From an uncultured Dictyoglomota bacterium (lineage in GTDB: Bacteria; Dictyoglomota; Dictyoglomia; Dictyoglomales; Dictyoglomaceae), in contig CAZZIO010000005.1 in NCBI GenBank assembly GCA_964654465.1, positions 1 to 12,920 on the forward strand: a DNA stretch of 12,920 nt, read 5' to 3'. The number at the start of each line of letters is the position of its first letter. Position 1 is the stretch's first letter. Shown here piece after piece: positions 6,826 through 12,920 of this stretch. A program made the translations under genes and the position numbers. A model generated the notes under the pieces. That model worked only from the letters and a program-made list of their open reading frames with translations. It ran no database searches and was not told the DNA's origin.

Positions 6826-8127
6826 TTACTCTCTTCCTACGCCTTTATAGATAAATCCATGGTTTTTAGCTTCCTTAGGATCTAATATATTAACGCCATC
6901 AATAATGATAGGCTTTTTCATAAGTCTTTTTAACTTTAAGAAATCTACTTTTTTAAATTCATTCCATGCGGTAAGAATAAGCACTAAATCTGAATCTTTT
7001 GAGGCTTCATATATATCGTTACAATATTCCACATCTTTTATGATTTTTTTTGCCTCTTCCATACCGTAAGGATCATAAGCTTTTATATTTGCTCCGTCAT
7101 TTTTTAATAAATTTATTATTTTTATAGCAAGAGAATTTCTCACATCGTTAGTGTTAGGTTTAAATGTAAGTCCCCATATGGAAATGGTATAATCATATAA
7201 AAGATCAGAAAGTTGCTCTTTTACTTTATATACAATATGTCTTACTTGATGTTCATTCTTTTCTAAGATAGCTCTTAAGAAATCAGGTTCATATCCACTT
7301 TTTTCTGCCATCTTAATGAGTCCCATAAGATCTTTACTAAGACAAGGGCCTCCAAATCCAATTCCTGGGCTTAAATGTTCTCCTCCTATTCTTTTATCGT
7401 ATTTCATTCCTTCTATAACTTCAAAGACATCTACAGAGAATCTCTCACATATATTGGCTATCTCATTGATGAAAGATACTCTCATGGCAAGGAAGGCATT
7501 GGAGGCATATTTAATTAAGATTGCGGTTATGGGAGTGGTTATTACTATTGGAGCTTGAAAGGGAGAAAATAAATCTTTTAAAGAGTTTATTACATAATCC
7601 TTTTCTGCCCCGATAACTATTCTCGAAGGATTGAAAAAGTCATAAACCGCTTTTCCTTCTCTCAGAAATTCAGGTACTATTGCTAATTCATACTCATCTC
7701 CTTCTTTTTTACCTTCTTTACTAAAAATCTCTCTTATTTTGGATAATGTTCCTATGGGAATTGTGCTTTTTATAGCTATTATTTTTCTATTCTTTAGAAA
7801 TTTACTTATGGATTTTGCCGAAGATATTACTTGAGATAGGTCTACCTCTCCATCTTCCTTTGAAGGGGTATTCACGCATATAAAGATAATTTCTGATTTT
7901 TCTATTGTTTCTTGAAAGTCTGTAGTAAAGAAAATTCTTTTTTCTTTTATATTTCTATTTAAAAGTTCTTCTATTCCTTCTTCGTGAATGGGAGATATGC
8001 CTTTCTTCAAAAGATTAATTTTCTCCTCATCTATATCTAAACATATTACTCTATTTCCTACTTCTGCAAGTCCTAATGCTGTGACAAGGCCAATATATCC
8101 AGTTCCTATAATTCCTACGTTTCTCAT
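6826..8127 (-). CDS. ugd: UDP-glucose 6-dehydrogenase (UDP-glucose/GDP-mannose dehydrogenase family)
   Basis: GTGYIG Rossmann motif, CVNTP, KSTIP, PEFLREG, KYASNAFLA, GFGGPCLSKD (catalytic Cys), GLTFKPNTND. GGGAG RBS upstream. Confidence 0.95.
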   Translation of the reverse strand: MRNVGIIGTGYIGLVTALGLAEVGNRVICLDIDEEKINLLKKGISPIHEEGIEELLNRNIKEKRIFFTTDFQETIEKSEIIFICVNTPSKEDGEVDLSQVISSAKSISKFLKNRKIIAIKSTIPIGTLSKIREIFSKEGKKEGDEYELAIVPEFLREGKAVYDFFNPSRIVIGAEKDYVINSLKDLFSPFQAPIVITTPITAILIKYASNAFLAMRVSFINEIANICERFSVDVFEVIEGMKYDKRIGGEHLSPGIGFGGPCLSKDLMGLIKMAEKSGYEPDFLRAILEKNEHQVRHIVYKVKEQLSDLLYDYTISIWGLTFKPNTNDVRNSLAIKIINLLKNDGANIKAYDPYGMEEAKKIIKDVEYCNDIYEASKDSDLVLILTAWNEFKKVDFLKLKRLMKKPIIIDGVNILDPKEAKNHGFIYKGVGRE

Positions 8128-8137
8128 CTTTTTCCTC

Positions 8138-10423
8138 CTAACTTTCGTATGAATATATTACAACTTTATAAAAATCTGTCCTGTTTTTGTATTTAAATTT
8201 ATTATCAAGCCATTCTTTTATTTTTAAAGTTCTTGGATTTATATCGGATAAGATTAGAATAATCTTTTTATAATTCTTAATTTTTTGTTCTATATTTTCA
8301 GGAGAGAAAAAATCTGGATTCACAGGAATATATGGGAGCCTTCCTCTATTGTAATATTCAAATGGTCTATAGTAAAAAGGCTCACTAATTAATACTATAT
8401 GCTCTTCTTGAGAATTCTCATGGATATACCTTACCACCTCTCTCCATGGACGATTTAGGTAGCTCATGCGTTGATAATATGATATGTTTAAAAAGAGATA
8501 TGTTCCAGTGATAAACAATATTATTATGGTAATTATGGGATAATATCTAAATTTCTTAATTCCTCTTGCCATAAGGATAAAAAGAGCAGGTATAAAAGGA
8601 GAAAGATATCTACTACTATAAAAACTTTTTCCAAAAGAGGAGATTATAATTAAAGTTATGAAAGGTATAAAAAAGTACGAGATATTTAATAAAAAACCTT
8701 TTTTGTTTTCATAAGGTGATAATAATCCCAAAATAATCAGCCCACAAAATATTATAAATAAGAAGTAGTGTAAGTTTAGTCTTTCAAGGAGACTTCTTGC
8801 AAACCCGAAAAAGGCTTGATAAAAGGAGACACTAATAGTGTAGAGGGAAAGTTTTTGAGCCCCTTGATATACTTCTGGAGTATTTCTTGTGAAGATTACG
8901 TAAAGCCATGGAGAAAAGAAGAGTAATGTTATAAACTGTATTATAATCCAATTTTTAAGATTCTTAAAATTTTTTCTTTGGCATATGAACATATAAATGT
9001 TTTCAGCTATTATTAGAAGACTTGAGAAAAAGTGAGTATAAAGCAAAAGAGAGTTTATTATTAGGAGTTTGATAAGATTTTTCTTGTTAAATTCTTTATT
9101 GCTTAAATCATATATATAGTTTAGAGATAGAAGGGCTAAGAAAGTAAATAATGGATACATTCTTGCCTCTTGGGAAAAATAGATTAAAAAGGGGGATAGA
9201 GCAAAAATAAGTGAAGAAATTAGGGCTGTAGTTTCATCATAGAGTTTCTTAACTAATTTATATAAAAGGGGAATACTTAAAACTCCAAAGATCATAGAAA
9301 GAGATCTTAAGGCTAATTCTGAATCACCAAATATGCATGTCCAAAAATAAACAAGTATAAAATATAAGGGGGGATGAATTCCTGTTTGTGATCTATTGAG
9401 AATAATGCCTAAAATTCCGGTTTGGGATATTTGGGCAGTTATAGCTTCATCAAGCCAAATACTCCTTTCTGTTATTTTATAAACTCTTAGAATGAATCCT
9501 ATGATAGTAATTATAGGAATTAGACTGCTTTTTTTTATATCTTTGTTTAATTCTACCAATCCTATAATAGCAGGAAGTGCGGTATTTATTAAGAACAATA
9601 AAAAGGCACTGTTAAAGGAGGCTGCTTGAGAAAGACCTAATCTTCCTAAAATAAAGACTGCTGTTCCTTCCCTAATACCTAATCCCCCAATTGTAATAGG
9701 GATGAGATTTACAAGCATGACTATAGGGTAGCCAATAAAGGTGGATAAAAAAGAAAATTTTTCAAAGGAGTTTGCTAAAAAGTATACCTCTACTAATACG
9801 ATAGTGTAGGATAATAGAGAAAGGAGAAAGTTTATAAGAAGGGTTTTCCTTTTTATTTTTAAAAATCCTTGTATAAAATCTGGAAATTTGTTGAAGGGAA
9901 ATATGTTATTTATGTTTTTTATTGCTCTTTGATAAAAAATCACAAAGAGAGAGAAAAGAATAAAGATTCCTAAAAGAAAGGAAATAAATTTTCCAAAGAA
10001 TATATAAAAACCTGCTAATGCAAGGATTAAAACTGCTAAAAGGTCAAAGGCTTTATCAAGTATGACTAAGCTTAAACCCTCTACCCTTTTTTCTTTGTCA
10101 ATATTTCCAACTCTTGCTATCTCTCCTACTCTTCCTGGAGTTATAAGCCCTATACTCATACCTATAAAATAGCTTTCTACAGATTTTGAGAGACAATTTT
10201 CTTTGGATAAGTCTTTTAAGAGTAGATGCCATTTGATTATCTTAAAGAAGGTAAATAGAAAACCAAAAACTACAGCTAAAAATAAAGGTTTTATGTTTAT
10301 GTAAACAAGGGATTTTACTATTTCCTTTGTAGGTATTTTCTTAAATATAAAGTAAAAAACAAGAACAGTAATTATTGACTTTAAAATGTTAATAAGTAAG
10401 TTTTTCTTTACCTTCTCCATCAT
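8138..10423 (-). CDS. Fusion of an LPG_synthase_TM (flippase-like) domain and a GT-C glycosyltransferase (PMT_2 / GT39-GT83-like)
   Basis: N-terminal ~295 aa: KWHLLL, TPGRVGEIAR, DKAFDL, IPITIGGLGIREG (LPG_synthase_TM/UPF0104). C-terminal ~460 aa: SIWLDEA, HPPLYF, ALRSLS, YFSQEARMY, YTHFF, RYLSP and many transmembrane segments. One uninterrupted ORF. Confidence 0.88.
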   Translation of the reverse strand: MMEKVKKNLLINILKSIITVLVFYFIFKKIPTKEIVKSLVYINIKPLFLAVVFGFLFTFFKIIKWHLLLKDLSKENCLSKSVESYFIGMSIGLITPGRVGEIARVGNIDKEKRVEGLSLVILDKAFDLLAVLILALAGFYIFFGKFISFLLGIFILFSLFVIFYQRAIKNINNIFPFNKFPDFIQGFLKIKRKTLLINFLLSLLSYTIVLVEVYFLANSFEKFSFLSTFIGYPIVMLVNLIPITIGGLGIREGTAVFILGRLGLSQAASFNSAFLLFLINTALPAIIGLVELNKDIKKSSLIPIITIIGFILRVYKITERSIWLDEAITAQISQTGILGIILNRSQTGIHPPLYFILVYFWTCIFGDSELALRSLSMIFGVLSIPLLYKLVKKLYDETTALISSLIFALSPFLIYFSQEARMYPLFTFLALLSLNYIYDLSNKEFNKKNLIKLLIINSLLLYTHFFSSLLIIAENIYMFICQRKNFKNLKNWIIIQFITLLFFSPWLYVIFTRNTPEVYQGAQKLSLYTISVSFYQAFFGFARSLLERLNLHYFLFIIFCGLIILGLLSPYENKKGFLLNISYFFIPFITLIIISSFGKSFYSSRYLSPFIPALFILMARGIKKFRYYPIITIIILFITGTYLFLNISYYQRMSYLNRPWREVVRYIHENSQEEHIVLISEPFYYRPFEYYNRGRLPYIPVNPDFFSPENIEQKIKNYKKIILILSDINPRTLKIKEWLDNKFKYKNRTDFYKVVIYSYES

Positions 10424-11999
10424 ACTCTCTTCTTATTTTAATAAATTTGTTATTCACTTCTAATATATGATAGCTAAAAGAATCTTTCAAATCTTGTATC
10501 TGGAAATATCTTGAGGAGGGTATGAATATGTATGGATTTTCTACTCCAATTCCTATCTTGTCTATTATGTAAGGGGAATTTATTTCTTCTTCAATGACAA
10601 ATTTATCTTCCATTACCTTTATTTTTCTCTTAAGAAAAATAGGTCCTCCTTTTTTATAGGAAATAAGCATTCCTCTTAATATATTTTTGATCAAAAAACT
10701 TATTTTTTTATTCCTTCCAAAAGTTATCTGGAATAATCTTAACAGTATGTTTTTTAAAGGTGTCATTTTGTTAAAGGGAATCTTTAAAAGGTATCCTTCT
10801 GTAATGTAACAATCTTGAGAGTATATTTTGGAGCCTGGGTTTAAAAAGGGTGAATAAATTTTGCCTTTGGTATATACTATAGGTCCACTATCTTTTAGAG
10901 AAAAGTTTGTTTTTTTAAAATCTATCCTGAAGACACCTTGCTTTTTAAGATTTCCTACAATATAGAAATTTTCATTACTCTCTATAAATATACCGCTTTC
11001 TGGAAAATATTGGGAAAATTTTTCTTCATAAATAGGACTTTTTAATTCTCCATTATAGAAATTTTGGTGTGCTTGAAGATAAGTATAGCCTATATAAGCA
11101 AGATAACGATCATCTAAGTTAAAGGGGCCAATGCCTTTTTCTTCTTGTAGAGCTTTTCTCAAAGAATATAAGATTCTTCTTGCGGAATCATTCCATTTTG
11201 CTGAGTATTCTATTCCAGATGGGATTATATATTTTGTGTTTCTGGAGGCATATTCACCTCCAAAAGAAAGGTCAGGATGGGAGAAGTAAACTAAGAAATT
11301 AATGGCCTTTGTTATCATGTGTTGTACTTTTTCATTCATTGTCTTCTCATGATATTTTGAAAGATAGTCAATAGCTAAGGATAGATATCCTATATCTGGA
11401 CCTTGATATTCTGGAAACCATCCTTCTTCCTTTTGTATCTCTTCTAATTTTTTTAATTTTATTAATGCTCCTTTTTTAAATCTTTCATCCGATGTTAATA
11501 GATAAATATTGTACAAGGATATAATACTACCTGCTACTTGATTGGAGGCTGAAAAGTCTTCATGGGATAATAGAAATTCACCTGCCTTTTTTAAATGCTT
11601 TATTACTTTATCAGTATCTAACTTCTCCTTTAAGATAATTAAAGTTTCTGATATAGCATAGGTAGAAAATGCTGTAGCTACAAAGCTATGTTCATTAGGA
11701 TACCATTCCTCGAAAGATCCATCATTCTTTTGTATTTTGCACCAAAAGTCTATTCCACCTTTAATAAAAGATAGGATCTTGTTGTCTTGGAAGTAGATGT
11801 TTTCAGGGTCATTTAAATTATAAAGAAGAGCTAATGTTAATACTGCTTCTTGAAATCTTGCACAAGCAAAATCAGTAATATTGTAATGCCAGAAATTTCT
11901 ATCAAAACAACCAAAAGTTGGACTTTGGAAATTCTTGTCCAAAAGACCTAAGAGTCTTGGGATTTCAGGAAGAAGCTTTTTTAGATATATACTACTCAA
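10389..11999 (-). CDS. Uncharacterised 536-aa protein, predicted alpha/alpha toroid plus beta-rich C-terminus
   Basis: Long ORF with a TTG start and GAGG upstream, overlapping both neighbours. Repeated helix-turn motifs QKNDGSFEEW, QKEEGWFPEY and HPDLSFGGEY. FPESGIFI then beta-rich sequence follows, reminiscent of heparinase II/III-like architecture. Function not recognised. Confidence 0.75.
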   Translation of the reverse strand: MSSIYLKKLLPEIPRLLGLLDKNFQSPTFGCFDRNFWHYNITDFACARFQEAVLTLALLYNLNDPENIYFQDNKILSFIKGGIDFWCKIQKNDGSFEEWYPNEHSFVATAFSTYAISETLIILKEKLDTDKVIKHLKKAGEFLLSHEDFSASNQVAGSIISLYNIYLLTSDERFKKGALIKLKKLEEIQKEEGWFPEYQGPDIGYLSLAIDYLSKYHEKTMNEKVQHMITKAINFLVYFSHPDLSFGGEYASRNTKYIIPSGIEYSAKWNDSARRILYSLRKALQEEKGIGPFNLDDRYLAYIGYTYLQAHQNFYNGELKSPIYEEKFSQYFPESGIFIESNENFYIVGNLKKQGVFRIDFKKTNFSLKDSGPIVYTKGKIYSPFLNPGSKIYSQDCYITEGYLLKIPFNKMTPLKNILLRLFQITFGRNKKISFLIKNILRGMLISYKKGGPIFLKRKIKVMEDKFVIEEEINSPYIIDKIGIGVENPYIFIPSSRYFQIQDLKDSFSYHILEVNNKFIKIRREYDGEGKEKLTY

Positions 12000-12920
12000 A
12001 CCCTACTTCCTCTAAAATTAGATATTCTTTTTTTCTTCCATGGGTAAGATGACTTAGCATCTCGCCTATAAGTCCTATAGATAGAAATTGTATACCTACG
12101 ATCATTAATAATACTCCAAGAGTTAGTAGGGGTCGTGTACCTATCTTTTCTCCTGTTATAAATTTGTATATTACTAAATATAGGTTTATTAAGAAGCCAA
12201 ATAAGAAAAACAATATTCCAGTACCCCCAAAAAAGTGCATAGGTCTTTTAAGGAATCTTGTTAGGAATATGACGGTTATCAAATCTAAGAATCCTTTAAT
12301 TATTCTTTCCCATCCATATTTTGATTTTCCATATTTTCTTTCATGGTGGGTTACAGGAATCTCTGTAACACTGAATCCTTTGCTATACGCTAATGCAGGA
12401 ATATATCTATATAGTTCTCCATAAATTTCTAAATTTTCAATAACCTCTCTTCTGTAGGCTTTATATCCACAGTTAAAATCATGTATATTAACACCAGAAA
12501 AAAGACTTGCTAATTTATTAAAAATCTTTGATGGTAAGGTTTTTGTAATAGGATCTTTTCTTTCCTTTTTCCAACCTGAAACTAAATCGTAACCTTCTTT
12601 TATCTTTTCAATAAATCTGGGGATTTCTCTTGGATCATCTTGAAGATCTGCATCCATGGTAATAATGATATTACCTTTTGCTTTTTGGAATCCAGCTGAT
12701 AATGCAGAAGCTTTTCCAAAATTTCTTCTGAATTTTATTATTTTTATTCTGTTATCCTCTTTATGGAGCTCTTTTAAAACTTGGTAAGAATTATCTGTAC
12801 TTCCATCATCAATAAAGATAATTTCAAAAGATAGATTTAAGGGGGTGGTATTCTCAACTATACCCCTGTATAGCTCTTTTAATGTGCTTTCTTCATCCTT
12901 TACAGGTATTACAAAAGATA
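11992..12920 (-). CDS. Family 2 glycosyltransferase, polyprenol-phosphate glycosyltransferase type (ArnC/GtrB/DPM1-like), 5' end outside the window
   Basis: The frame stays open upstream of the listed ORF to the edge: SFVIPVKDEE...IIFIDDGSTD...FRRNFGKASALSAG...ITMDADLQDDP. It continues GYDLVSGWK, DFNCGYK, RKYGKSKY and ends with two C-terminal transmembrane helices. Confidence 0.94.
   Translation of the reverse strand, partial: SFVIPVKDEESTLKELYRGIVENTTPLNLSFEIIFIDDGSTDNSYQVLKELHKEDNRIKIIKFRRNFGKASALSAGFQKAKGNIIITMDADLQDDPREIPRFIEKIKEGYDLVSGWKKERKDPITKTLPSKIFNKLASLFSGVNIHDFNCGYKAYRREVIENLEIYGELYRYIPALAYSKGFSVTEIPVTHHERKYGKSKYGWERIIKGFLDLITVIFLTRFLKRPMHFFGGTGILFFLFGFLINLYLVIYKFITGEKIGTRPLLTLGVLLMIVGIQFLSIGLIGEMLSHLTHGRKKEYLILEEVGFE

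Noticed and set aside
7316-7558. 80-aa plus-strand ORF
   Set aside because: Antisense shadow of the ugd catalytic region.
12164-12424. 86-aa plus-strand ORF
   Set aside because: Antisense shadow of the GT2 gene.
11992-12657. ORF-track start of the GT2 at 12657 (MDAD)
   Set aside because: This is an internal Met at the DxD motif. The frame is open to the window edge and contains the N-terminal GT2 motifs.
1-12920. CRISPR arrays, tRNA/rRNA genes, IS elements, phase-variable tracts
   Set aside because: No spaced direct repeats, structured GC-rich RNA-like blocks or transposase motifs were seen, and the short A/T runs fit the base composition.

Overview
AT-rich bacterial window (roughly 30% GC by eye; Lys/Glu/Ile-rich proteins suggest a thermophile, Dictyoglomus-like by impression only). 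Every credible gene is on the minus strand. In transcription order (right to left): (1) a tightly coupled four-gene envelope-glycosylation block made of a polyprenol-phosphate GT2 (cut by the window edge), a 536-aa uncharacterised helical-toroid-like protein, a 761-aa fusion of a flippase-like domain with a GT-C transferase, and a UDP-glucose dehydrogenase; (2) a fused PabB-PabC gene and a DUF1284 gene; (3) about 800 bp of decayed coding sequence in one reading frame, probably a pseudogene or deletion scar; (4) a stand-alone GH42 beta-galactosidase followed by a GC-rich hairpin; (5) an overlapping pair of an MTA/SAH-nucleosidase-like protein and a spore-photoproduct-lyase-like radical SAM enzyme that the ORF track missed and that runs off the left edge. 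The best candidates for undescribed biology are the lipid-linked (probably uronic acid) glycosylation module and the nucleosidase plus SPL-like radical SAM pair. No RNA genes, CRISPR arrays or mobile elements were recognised. All family assignments come from remembered motifs, not database searches.
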